Source: Phoronis australis (Eukaryota > Animalia > Phoronida). From it: DNA of 64,000 nucleotides. Numbering within the stretch: position 1 is the first letter of the stretch; every line of letters begins with the position of its first letter. A model generated the notes under the pieces. The model ran no database searches. It saw nothing but the letters and a program-made list of their open reading frames with translations, and was not told the origin of the DNA. The DNA is taken from contig NMRA01000506.1 of assembly GCA_002633005.1 (NCBI GenBank), positions 144,069-208,068 on the forward strand, given 5' to 3'. This document shows positions 28,260 to 39,820 of this stretch, one piece after another. A program made the position numbers and the translations under genes.

Positions 28260-28423
28260 AATTGACCTATTGCCAGGATTTTGAGTGGTGGCACAACTGA
28301 CCATTTAGAACGCAGCATTATTGACGCACCTTCGTTTCCAAGCCGCCATTTTACCCAACAAACAACATGTTGCCGTTGTTAGTCAACATTACGTAAGGGG
28401 GCGGAGTTTCTGATAGGTCAATT
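28260..28423 (-). mobile_element. family A MITE (inverted copy)
   Basis: TIRs aattgacctat...ataggtcaatt; reverse complement of 44-222. Confidence 0.85.
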
Positions 28424-29187
28424 CTCCACATGAAGACATCTTGATTAAAATGAACGAAAGATGCCACATTATTTTCCTGTGGAATCCATTGCCCAAGCTG
28501 ATATTAGTGGAATGGACGAACTTTGTGCCCAACAAGCTTTGGCACAAAGGGTGCGAGCAGTGGGTCACATGACATTTGAATGGCCTAGATTAGAACTGAA
28601 ACCATTCTTCAGCAACTGACACAGGAGTATGAGTCTACCAATAATTTTTACCCTCCTCAGAGCTGTATGAACTATTCGAAATGATAAAATGGAGAAATCA
28701 GCTTTTATGAAATGTACTGAATCCACCAGTTATCAGAAATTAGAATAAACGGGTTTGAATAATTGATAAAGTATTAATGAAGTACACCATTGATAACATG
28801 GTTTTAACGATGAAGTGGCCAATGCCGTTGCTTTGACAATGTAGGGTCACCTGGGCAGAGGATATACTAATAGCCCGCCCAGTGTTTCCACAAAGTACAG
28901 CATTAACTCCAGATGTGCTAGTAACAAAACCCGCAGTAAATTTCTTTTAATACTTCATTTTATTGAGACAAATAGAATGACATTCAATTAGAAGTTGGAT
29001 TATGCGCACTGAATGAGCCACACCAAGTAATCAACAGGAATGGACTACAAACTGATTGAAAGTCACAGACAACAAAATAACAGTGTGAGATGAAGTGATT
29101 AAATAACAGACCTCATCATTCATCCAAGTGAAGTGCTGACATGGCAAAATTGTTAATGCAGTCCTTTGGAAAAAAATTCTTGTCATA

Positions 29188-29403
29188 CAGGGTGACCAAA
29201 AACAAACCTATAAAAATTTCAATTAAACGGACAAAAATTATAGTCATTTGTTGCAATGTTGACCGCGCTTAAACCTTGGTTAAGTTTGATCTGACCACGA
29301 GATATTTTAACAAAACGAGTCAGTTTGCATCAATTTTTGTTCTTTTCACTAGAATATGGAATGATAAACAAAATTGTGTGGGTTGGTTGTTTGGATCACC
29401 CTG
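29188..29403. mobile_element. Tc1/mariner MITE with TA target duplication
   Basis: ta|cagggtgaccaaaaacaaacc ... ggttggttgtttggatcaccctg|ta. CAGGGTG termini are typical of Tc1/mariner. Confidence 0.85.
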
Positions 29404-29649
29404 TACTATCCCAGGGTAGTGGAATCTGATACAGTTTTTGTCATGAAGAACCCTTGAAAAATGTCCAAATTTGACACTGGAACATACTTTTAAAATTTGT
29501 TAGGCGTCCATTTTTCAGGAGAATCTAATCTTGTCCTAATCACGAAAGAAAATAGAATCTTTTGATATTGAAAAATACAAGTTAAATATCAATGGTCCTT
29601 TCTGTTGTTACGCTTCGTTAGGGTAAAAAGTCTCCAGTATGAGACAATA

Positions 29650-30860
29650 TCTAGAATTTCCCTTTTTTCGCGAAACATGCTCGGCAAAGAAATAAGACAA
29701 GAATCGGGGGGGGAGGGGGTAAGCGGACTTGAGCCAGTCGTCAAATCAAGAAGAAAAGTTCGAACCACGGCATAAATATGTGATAAAACGTCACAAAACA
29801 GCGATGTTTCAGTTCATTCTTAAACGACCCCTTAACCAACTTTGTGGTGGAAAAAAAATTATTTTACATGCAAGATGTCCAGATTATATCCTATTATAAT
29901 ATCGCCTACACTATCGCCCTGCGTCATGGTCGGTGCCGCTGTTTGCGCGCAATGTTCCGGCAGGCAATCTTGACTTGGAATAGGACGTCAAGTAATATAA
30001 CGGCTTCTTTCAATATGCGTCTCGTTTTTAATGGCCAAAGATAGCGTCGGGATTCAGCACACACGTAGGGCCTACGTATGAGTAACCTGTCAATCACGTG
30101 TTGGTGTCAAGGTAACATGCACTCAGTGTGGGAACTTACGCATGTGCACCACTACAAAGTTACACATCAAAAGAGAACAGCGACAGTCATAAGTAACAGA
30201 AACCGGGGTGACACTGTACTTTTAAGCTGTTGCTAGGAAAGACCCAGTGCTTTACGATATTCCTCCGTTCCAGTGTCCCCCAAAATTGCGATGTCAAGTC
30301 TACTTCGACATTTTTCGGCTCGATGTTCCCGAGTGTGCCATGCCCGGGCCCTTAGCTAGCTGCGTGCACCTCCTTCCAACTATCGCCAATTTTCAGTCAG
30401 TCTGCGTCGTAGATCTTTCAGGCTCAAATGGTAAGAATTTTGTTCAGGCTGAAACTGGCCAATGTAGAAACAAAATTATTCTGGATGGCTAAAAAGGGAA
30501 TATAGAAGCGATAATTCACACAGTCAGGCGGGGGTTGATGCAAGATGTAGTAAAGAACATCCAGCAACATTAATTAAATATATATTTTATCTGATGCTCT
30601 GCAGACGGAAACTCAGCGCGGCAGCCAGCGTCGCTGAAAGCGGAGGTATTGACGCTGGCGGGGTTCTTATACTTTGCAAACATGGGAAGAAAATAAAACG
30701 ACAAAAACGTTGATGTATTATATTTTGAAGTAAGTCCATGACCCGGGACAATAATTCGTTACTTGTATTGTAATTCACATTGCCAAACCGCCGTCCCGGA
30801 GGCCCAGCGTCGTTGCGCTCTTTGTGATCATCATCTGTATCTAAAAGTCGAGAATCGCAC
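29650..30860. promoter_or_regulatory. CpG-rich island, candidate internal promoter with a possible minus-strand first exon ending at 30140
   Basis: Visibly higher CpG/GC than the flanks. Minus-strand donor ATGC|gtaagt at 30140/30139. Confidence 0.4.
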
Positions 30861-30864
30861 GTTT

Positions 30865-31064
30865 CTTAACACTGGGCGCTAAATCTTCAATCTTAAAAAG
30901 TCAGGGATAGGCGCTTAACCGAAAGGTGGGCGCTTAACTGGAAATCTTCAAAAATCACAGACTGGGGCAGTTAACCGAGCAGTGTGCGGTTAAATCGAAA
31001 ATCCACCTTAAGTAGGGGATGGGCAGTTAACTTAGCATGGGCGTTAACCCGAACGTTTACGGTA
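30865..31064 (-). mobile_element. end fragment of a pogo-like MITE family (related to 57542-58614)
   Basis: Repeated gggcgcttaac motifs ending in ttaacccgaacgtttacgg|ta, the inverse of the ta|ccgtaaacattcgggttaa terminus. Confidence 0.75.
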
Positions 31065-31825
31065 AATACAGATGTGCAAGTCTATTAAGTAATCAACTCG
31101 TTCTTGGATTCCGTGACCTACCAGTCCTCAGGTAGCGGTACATCGTGACGTGGGCATAATCTTGGCAGTATATTAACCTGTCACAAAACAGATTAGTGTG
31201 TTAATGAGTTTAGGCCACCTTAGCATGTAAAACCCATACGCGATTACAACTTAGGCTTGGAATTCCAGGCAGATTGGACGTCTGATCTGCCAAACCAAAA
31301 AATAAACTCACATGCGCCAGACATTTCATCAGCATTGTGAATCATCCCATCAGAAATCAAACATCTCATAAAAACTCTACGTTGGCACACAGTGTTTGTC
31401 AAATCACAAATTTTCAAATTGAGAAATTTTCATTTCTGATAAGTTTTACTGAAGGGTCTACCACAGAAAAGTGATGGCTTTGTGTTTCTTGATTAGAAAT
31501 AAGGCAATTTTTTACTTCATAAAACAAATGTTACTTCAGACATCATTAAAATCCACACTTTCTAGTAACCAAATGTTATTTGGTTAAAAATGGCAAGCGT
31601 GACTTGGTGCGTTAGTGTTAGAGCCCTTTGGTACTGAGTTTAATTCCCTACTAAAGGTACGTCAGCGTAAACAGAAAAATTAATCGAGCATTCCCATGAG
31701 CTTTGGTACATAACCAACATCAAAGTTATTGCTAAGTGATAACAGAATCTATGAACTTATTGCACATAACAAGTATTGTCTAATTTTTTAAACATGAAGT
31801 TAATTACATATTTGGAGGATAACAC

Positions 31826-32237
31826 CTGGGCCCGGGTTCTAATCTTTTTACTCGAAATGGAACTCGAAATTACGTTTCAAATTGGCATTTTCTACTCTAC
31901 TTTTGTGTGAACTCAAGATATGTGCCTATTATTCTATGATCAAAGTACATAATGACTTAGGTGGATGATTTTTTAGTCCTAGTTTGCAGTTGATAAACCC
32001 AACATTAAGGCTAAAAGTTCGAGTCTGAACTCGAAATTTCGAGTTTTTACTCGAGTTTGTAGCACGAATATAAGGACCATCAAATGCACACTTGGACTAG
32101 AAACTCAGATGCGAAACTATAATGTATTCGAGCACAGTCTAATTACCACTTATCTTGAGTTTGCACAAAAGTAGCAAAGAAATTGCCAAAAATAATTTCA
32201 AGTTCGTTTCGAATACAAAGATTAGAACAGGATGCCA
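31826..32237. mobile_element. ~410 bp MITE, family C (copy 1)
   Basis: TIRs ggttctaatctttt..tcgaaa / tttcgaatacaaagattagaac; homologous to 50393-50804. Confidence 0.8.
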
Positions 32238-32865
32238 TGAAAAGAAATGCTTAAGGTAGTCAAAGTGATGAATTTCTGCACAAAACATTTACACAGTTTT
32301 CATGTCAACAAAACATATGTCATTGTTGATAGCGACATCTGGCAACAGCTCTGACGACACCAAAATTAATAAATGCCACTGAAGAGACCCATCAACACTC
32401 CATTGATAAATCCACCTGTTTATAATGAATTGAACTTGTGATTTCAACTTCAGTATAAGATGGGATTTAAGAATTATCCGTCTGACTCTCCGGGGCTTAA
32501 ACACGAAAGTGTCAACGATAGCGGAAAACTGTCGTTAGTATTCCACATAAACAGAACTATAAGACCATCATTAAAATATTCTGTTTTTTCCTCAAGTGAG
32601 TAAAAATTCTGTTTTTAAAATTGAAAAAATAGCTCTTTCGTCAGTTGCATGAAATAAAATATTTTGAGTCACACATATTTATAGTTGGCATTACACAGGG
32701 AAACAGATCTTACTTTAACTTAGGGCTTATGGAAATTTGTTCTTATTGTCAGAGAAGACAACTAATTTGTATTAAAGTTAGATATAAGAAGAAAATGTCT
32801 GCATTTTAGTACAGGCAATTGCATTAAGGGAAACTAATAAAAACCTGTGTTCAATAGAGTCTCAC

Positions 32866-32921
32866 CTTGTTTTGTACGTGAGGACAAATCATGCAAAATC
32901 ATGCAATTATAAAGCGTGAGT
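32866..32921 (-). CDS. candidate alternative start exon (ATG at 32902, MILHDLSSRTKQ, phase 1)
   Basis: cctttcgcag| acceptor and AAG|gtgaga donor, in frame with exon 17615-17750. Kozak context is weak. Confidence 0.35.
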
Positions 32922-33096
32922 CTGCGAAAGGTGTGAATGGTGATAATAACAGCTCTAATGTTAACACCTGTCAAGTGCAGTGCCCGATTAATACTTAGGC
33001 TATACGCTATATGTTCATCTGAGGGGAAATGTGCTGTACATTCTAAGACGGGAATTTTTTCGGATGAGGGAAAAATCTATATCCAGCTGCTATCGC

Positions 33097-33182
33097 CACC
33101 AGTTTTACTGGTCGTCACCAATACCACATCCCCCTGGCCACCAATTTTACTGGTCGTCACCAATACCACACCCCCCTGGCCC
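33097..33182 (+). repeat. tandem duplication of a ~41 bp unit
   Basis: ccacca(g/a)ttttactggtcgtcaccaataccaca(t/c)cccctgg occurs twice. Confidence 0.9.
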
Positions 33183-33309
33183 TGCCTAAAGTAGCCAAAT
33201 TAACTCGTCGCCTTATATACTGAGCAGACTACGCAACAGGCCATGCGGCTTTTCCTTGGAATTGGACTAGCCTTCAGGGATGTCAGGTAGTGAACCTGGC
33301 ACTGCTATG

Positions 33310-33620
33310 AATGACTTTCTTGGCTCAATACTATGTGATCACCCCTGCAATTGTAATTAATTATGCCTGATTCTGTTCTCCACATTGAGGCTGCAAACAC
33401 TGGAAGTGGAAAGGCGTAACTGTGAAGTGAGGATTTTCGCAGCCTTTAAAGTCATCCGAGTCCGACGATCTGTGTGAGTTAAAAGTGATTGTAATTGTGA
33501 GGGAAATTCTTTTAATAATTGGAGAGAAATTTTGGGTTTCACGAGAGGCAAAGTGCATAGAGGGCTCTGTATACAGAACTGTTTGTAAGTGTATCTCTGA
33601 AGTATTATTATTTTGTTAGA
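33310..33620 (-). repeat. unclassified interspersed repeat, inverted homolog of 22590-22815
   Basis: Reverse-complement similarity; the ORF track also shows parallel peptides LSTSCSLDVEERIR and LSTSSVCSLNVENRIR. Confidence 0.7.
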
Positions 33621-34334
33621 AACTGTACTTTCGGCCTAAATGGCCTTAAAACTTTGAAATAAATAACAATTAGTCCGGACGTTGAATTAAAAATCTTGAG
33701 TTTGTGTGGTCATTTACTGGCTAATCTGTAGCCACTGGGGTCTACAATAATTCTGTGGTTGCAGGAATTGGCGGCGAGAGAATCTTTCGCCAACAAGAAA
33801 ACTTCCACCTTGTCATACCGGACTTGTCGACACTTAAGTTTAACTACCGCATTTTGTTTAACTACAGCATTTTATCAGGTAACTTGAAGACTTTTTTGAA
33901 AATCCACGAAATTTTGGGTTACTTAAAACTTCTCAGCTTATTGTAGTCATTTTAGACGACAAATATGTGGCAAATCGTTATCATCCATTTTCGGGCCTTT
34001 TGATTTTCAATGGTTTTGGCAATAATTAAATCAACTAAATTTCTTTAGCCTAAGGTAAATATGTAAAAATGCGCACTTATTTTCATAATCTATGACAGAG
34101 AGCAAAAAGTGTCTTAGATTTTTATTTATCATCAAGCATCAGCTACCCATAAAAACTCGGAAATTGTTAAATAGAGACTGGATGGCTGGTATTTTCATTA
34201 TTTGAGGGTGAATCAAACCTTTTTCACAAATCATTGATGTTAAAATGAGAGAGTCCCAGTTATTTTGACTGATGTACGCGCATGCAGTTTCAATTCGTTT
34301 TAGTTACTTAGTTTCGTATTATTACATCTAGTTG

Positions 34335-34901
34335 TTTAATGCCCATTATAGATCCTCAAAATAAAAGACTTCTATGTTGTTGCTATTGTCAAATTTTTTA
34401 TAAATATCTTCATAATTCTCTATCTTCATTTTTCAACGCATTCAATTTAAAATCCTTGGGTCTGTTCATGAACATAACACTTAGGCAACATCTTCTACAA
34501 ACTCTTCATTGCATTAAATCATTTGCAGAAGATTCAATTGGGAATGCCTTACCTCATATAATTAAAGAACATACCTTAAGTGTTTCTCAAAAAAATTTTA
34601 CCCATTCATTTTATTCTGTTATAAATTATATTAAAAACGTTTGTTTTGAAAGTTATGAACTTGAGTGCACTTGTTTCCAACTGCTTTGTGCGTAACTATT
34701 TTCCGTTAGCTCTCCTAGTATTTTTACATGTAGTTTTAACTTGCATTATCACCTAATTTTATAATTCTGATTTAGCTGAAATGTTGTTGTTTTTCTCTGG
34801 TGACTCCGTGGTCAGCGTTCACGGAGTCTCCATAGGCTTTGTGTTAATTGTATCTTTGTCTTAACGTGAATAAAGTGTATTACTACAACTGCTACTGCTA
34901 C
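34335..34901 (+). mobile_element. 3' end of a decayed CR1-group (L2/Crack-like) LINE
   Basis: Frameshifted ORF2 C-terminus-like peptide (HEHNT, LPHIIKE, THSF..NYIKN..ESYELEC), then a 3' UTR stem-loop, AATAAA at ~34869 and a (CTA/CTG)n tail. Confidence 0.65.
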
Positions 34902-35814
34902 TTCACTGACAAGGTTAGTATCGATGATCTCATCACTAGTTACAAATAAGCGCATGTATTTCAACTTCACATAGTGTTATTGTTCTTTTGATGCAAGGCA
35001 ACAACCTTGTTAAACATGTGATAGAAGCAACAGGAGTTCACCAACTCAAGTTTACATCAAGACTGACTAACACAAGCAAAAAAACAATTCAAAACCATAC
35101 AACTCCTAATCAGTAACTTCCACTGCATGCAATATCCACAAAAACATTGTACTTCATGTGCGGGGAATTTTTGCTCTCAAATATGTTGTACTTCCGGTGG
35201 ACGAAGCCCTCCGGTTTACAAGTTTTCTAAACAAAAGATTGCAGTTAGGACCTTGTGACTGCAAAGCGGGGCCCAGCATGTTGTGAGGTGAGCCCTAGTA
35301 TGCTGTAGCTCAGTTGATGATCTGGAAAGCGTAAAAGTATACAAAAATTTCCAGGTTGACATCTGCACCCAGAGCACTCAAATGAAAGTGACTTGAGAAG
35401 CAACACAAGGCAAACTCAAATAAAAAGTTAAAGGTGAGGTCGACAACAAAACCAAAAACATAAAAAACCACGCCCTCGCTGTATATTACTTACAGTTAAT
35501 GATAAACCATCAAAAGGGCATTGAGGAGCCAGTTAATGAGGTTATGAAATCAGATAACCTCAAAGAACTCGAGAATGGTAATAGGCAGCGAGAAACCAAT
35601 AATGAATGCAGATAGTTCATGAAGAGATCTATCATGGAGTTAGAGCTCCACAAACAAAATTCAAAAAATGGCTGTCAAAGCGACATCTAGCTTCAAAAGT
35701 CATCGAGTTTCATTGACTAGATAAACAATGTACATAAATTTCATGTCGATGCGTTCTCAAGCACAAATGTCATAGGTCAACAAAGTGCAGAATTAAGTCA
35801 ACAAACGAACAGTC

Positions 35815-37027
35815 AACTGAAAGTGCTCCGAGGAGCGAAACTTGGCGAAATTAACCAAAAAGATGACGATAAAGATGATGACGAAGATGACGAATATGAC
35901 GACGATGGTGGTGAGGATGAACAAAAGAAGTAATAATAACATACACATGACGAACGTAGCAGTACGAAATCAGTAAGAAAAAGGCTATAGTCTTGAGCGA
36001 CACTTGGCGAAATTAACGGAAAAGACAACGACGGAGATGATAACGAAGATGATGACGATGATGACGAATATGATGATGGTGGTGGCGATGATGAACAACA
36101 TCACAACATTCATATGACGAACTTAGATGTCATAAATCAATAAGAAATAGGCTACAGTCTAGTTCAATAGAAGATAAACCAACATCAATGCAGCAAGAGC
36201 GCTCAACAAAGGAACAGCGTTATCAGAAAATCTCAAATAACTCAAAAAGTAGACGTCCTAGCAAAAAATGGAAAACATCTTCTGAAAGCCCATTCAAAAT
36301 TCTATCTAAACTGATGGTATCGCCTAATTCCGTAAATTTTTCGAAAAAAAATGAAATTTTGCATTTTTTAAAAAGAAATTCAAAGTCAAGTAACTCGAAA
36401 ACGGTAAGTCTGAGAAAAAATTGAAAGAATATACTTCAAAGAATCCACATGAAAAAATCACATCTTTTTCTCTTCCCGTTTAAAATCGCACTCCAGCACG
36501 ACTGAAAATGGGTCAACATGCGCCAGATTCGCCATCTTGAAAGCAACTTCTGGTTTTTCGGCTTTGTATAATAGCATGTTATAAGAAACTAATACCTGTA
36601 AAAATTCGAAGGAATTGGTCTTATAATGTGCCCTCTACAGGAGAAAACGTTTTTAGGCCAAAATCGAGGTGCGCATACGCGAGCGCCAATATTTCTGCCA
36701 TCTTTAACCGGAAGTAAACAATTTCCGGTATACTTGTAGAAAACTTCCGGTCCACTTACTATGCCGATTCTTAGCCTTTTACGTAAAAAATTGTAGCCTC
36801 CAGAAGAATTTGAACCTTTAAATGAAAGCAAAATGGCCACCACAGCCGCCATCTTGGATTCGATTTTGACGAAAAACAATAGGCTTCCAGTACTTCCGGA
36901 AGTACGTGTTATGTGTAAATTTCGTGATGATCGGACGAAAATTGCGACCTGTATCGTGCGAACAAATAAAAAAAACAAACTTAGGGGAAGAGCAACATAC
37001 ATGGCGAAATTTATTTCGCCAAGTAAC
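35815..37027 (-). mobile_element. Helentron-associated non-autonomous element (HINE/DINE-1-like), family 2
   Basis: The minus-strand 5' end ttacttggcgaaat-aa-atttcgcc is a subTIR plus inverted copy. The 3' end has the matching subTIR tttcgccaagt, then hairpin gctcctcggagc and ttcagtt. Internal (GAT/GAC)n low-complexity tracts. Confidence 0.75.
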
Positions 37028-37029
37028 AA

Positions 37030-37502
37030 GCACTAAATTTTGAATATTTCAACAACAGTAAATGGAAGTGAGAAACTCATTTTAACATGCTTGAAACAAT
37101 CCATCCACATACCAAATTTCAGACACATACGTCAAAAAACGCACAAAAAGTCAATCAATAAGAGAGCAGTCATCAGAAAATCCAGAATAATTCGGAAACT
37201 GTAAGTCTTGGAAAAAAAAAACATTACAGATAGCTTTGAAATGATCTATGCACAAACAATCAGAAAAATCTCCAGAAACAGCAGAGCTACACCTCTGCAA
37301 AACAAAGTAGTGAAACATGGCCGCCACAACGCCATCTTGCTTCCGATTTCACCCAAAAGCAGTAGGATTCTAGCCATACACAAGACATGTTGCGTGTAAA
37401 TTGCATCCCATCGGATGAGAAATGCTACAAGTAGCATGAGAACAACAAACAAGTTTTATAACATAGCAAGACTTGGAGAAATTTCATTTCACCAAGTAAA
37501 AA
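37030..37502 (-). mobile_element. second 5' segment of HINE family 2
   Basis: End hairpin acttggagaaat-ttc-atttcaccaagt plus aaaa; atggccgccacaacgccatcttg parallels 36833-36860. Confidence 0.65.
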
Positions 37503-38125
37503 TGTGTCCACCCACCCAGCAGTCAGGAATTTCATCGACATTTCGCCACAAGCAGATGCTCTCGCCTGACTACACAGAACGAATGACCCTCAATTGCACT
37601 CCCACTATGTCTCGTGCGCTCACGCTGATTTTCTGAACTTCTGGGCATGCACATTCAGAATGGGAAAGGACTGTATTTAGTTGCTACATATGTTTGCATG
37701 AAGGATGAAAAGGCACAGATAGTTCTAAGTTGTAGTTTCACTACAAGATATGAAAAAGATTTTTCCCTAACAACAACTTTGTCACTAACAGATTAATCCA
37801 AGATATACCTTTTATTAAATTTTAGGCAACAGTAGAATTTCAGTAATTTAAAATCAACAACATTTTGTAACACCACAGAACACTACAAGCAATCCAGGCA
37901 TTTGGCTATCTCTGTCAAAAATGAAACCGAACATTTCTCACCGTGGCCCTGAATTGAAAGCATCATACAAAACCCGCAACACAGGTGAATGAGTACCAGA
38001 AGACATTCAAAACATTCTGAAAATGGCAAAGAAAGACTGTACTTGGAAAGTTTTGAAAATAACAAGTACAGCAAGTTGTGAGATCCAATTAAATAGGTGA
38101 AAGCTAGAAGAAATGAACAACTTAC

Positions 38126-38187
38126 CTTCCCATAGTTCCAGAATGTGCTTGTCCACTTCAGCCATGGTTGACAGTGTCACAGTAAAC
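38126..38187 (-). CDS. probable first coding exon (ATG at 38165, MAEVDKHILELWE, phase 1) of the minus-strand gene
   Basis: ttgcttgtcag| acceptor, strong Kozak context accATGG, consensus donor AAG|gtaagt. Splices in frame to 17750, giving MAEVDKHILELWEGLRELESLML. Confidence 0.65.
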
Positions 38188-38457
38188 CTGACAAGCAATG
38201 GTAATTAACACACGTAAGTGTCAGGCTGGAAGAACATTGACTAATGCATCATAAGAAGAACGTTAACGAATAGCCTTTAACTATCTAAGGTAAATCCGCC
38301 GTGAGATGGCATATGCAAATGAGTTCGACATATTTTCAACTGGGCAGCACTGGATGAACGCCATGACGTTGAAAGAAAATACGTGAACTTATGATGCATG
38401 ACTTGCAGTTTACTAAGTGGCCTGAGAGGTCAGCTGGCTTTAATAGCATTGGTCAAT

Positions 38458-38640
38458 TTAAGGTTATGGAGGACACTAGAAAAATGTCCAAACTTGGCAA
38501 ACTTCAGAGAACAATATCTCAGAAACAGCTAATTGGATTCGTACGAAACTTTCAGATACCTGGTTTATGCACTGTTATCCAAAACACTATCAGGGTTTCC
38601 TTTAAAATGAACTTTTGCACGATTGGCTATAAACATTATG
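38458..38640 (+). mobile_element. family B element, left-end fragment
   Basis: ttaaggttatg terminus and homology to 5536-5720. Confidence 0.7.
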
Positions 38641-39038
38641 ATTACCGATCCTGGATCACATAGACAAGTCTATCAATATCATCAAAACTATAAATTTTAA
38701 CTCACTAAACATGTACTTGTTCTGAAAGCATAAAGCTTGTAAAATTCGACTATTAATTTCAAAGCTATCTCCCAATACTTAGATCACATATCAGGTCTTT
38801 TCACTAAAAATTAGTAAAAAATGAACATTCAGAGCAAAACAGCCATAACAATAACAGCGACATGACCACATTCCATATGATTTAAATGTCCAAGATAAAA
38901 ATCTCACAAACACTGCTACAGATTCCTACATCATCACTTTGTTTTATGCAAGTGCTAGTAATTTTGATAAGCGCCCCCTGTTGCAAAGTGGGGCATTTTA
39001 TCAATTCCTGATATGGTTTTGGGCAATAGTGCATAACT

Positions 39039-39202
39039 ATAGATTATTACATGGCGAAGTTGTTATCCCCCGTTATCTAGAGCCCGAGTGGATTTTGGAG
39101 AATTATTGCCTGAGGGGCATTAGCCCCGAGGGTGATAATTCTCCAAAATCCACGAGGGATCTAGATAAGGGGGATAACGACTGAGAACATGTAATAATCT
39201 AT
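39039..39202. repeat. long near-perfect palindrome, probably a transposon end
   Basis: atagattattacatg..gttatcccc.ttatctaga..gtggattttggagaattat pairs with ataattctccaaaatccac..tctagataagggggataac..catgtaataatctat. Confidence 0.9.
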
Positions 39203-39745
39203 TTATACCACATACTAAACGAAAAACATTGCAATGAATGGATTTACCTTTTCTGACTCTCCACGGCTTTGTAACTACTTTCTAGGTCAGAGGCCCGGGG
39301 TCGGAGGTCGTGACCTTTTAAGAAAAGCCGGGCTATTTTTGTCAAATAATGCTTTTACTCAAAACCAATTGAAAACTTAAATATAATAGAAATAAATTGA
39401 ATTTATAAATTAAGGTTTTCCAACTATTATAGCTTAAAACACGTTTTTTTCACGCTAAGCTTCAACCGGGAAATTATCGTCTGCTAAAGTAGGTTACCAC
39501 TGGTAACTGAATATAATTCTCAAGTCAAAGATCCTGACGACTGATACCCGCATTCAAACTGGAGATCGGTGATTTACAAGTAAGCGGACATGAGAGAAAA
39601 ATTTCACTGAATTAAGATATCATTTTTATGGAAATTATGTGTCTTATTTTTCGTAGCGTATAAGTACAGTACAATGCGGTTTGTTGAACATGTGATTATT
39701 GCGCGTGCTCATTTAAGTATTCTATTTTCACTCTTGATGACGTCA

Positions 39746-39820
39746 GTCGATGCATGGTGTAGTGGTTAGGTCAGCGACCAGCAATTCCAGGGTCCCAGGT
39801 TCGACTCCGTCCTCGGTTTC
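39746..39820 (+). mobile_element. tRNA-derived SINE head or tRNA pseudogene
   Basis: Pol III A box TGGTGTAGTGG (39755) and B box GGTTCGACTCC (39798) at tRNA spacing. The acceptor and anticodon stems do not pair well. Confidence 0.6.

Noticed and set aside
35813-36110. Poly-Asp/poly-Ser coding-like tract
   Set aside because: Interrupted by stop codons and lies inside a HINE-type element.
38305-38325. Octamer ATGCAAAT near the start exon
   Set aside because: A single 8-mer is expected by chance in AT-rich DNA, and there is no supporting snRNA or enhancer context.
39746-39820. Functional tRNA gene
   Set aside because: A and B boxes are present, but the cloverleaf stems do not pair convincingly.
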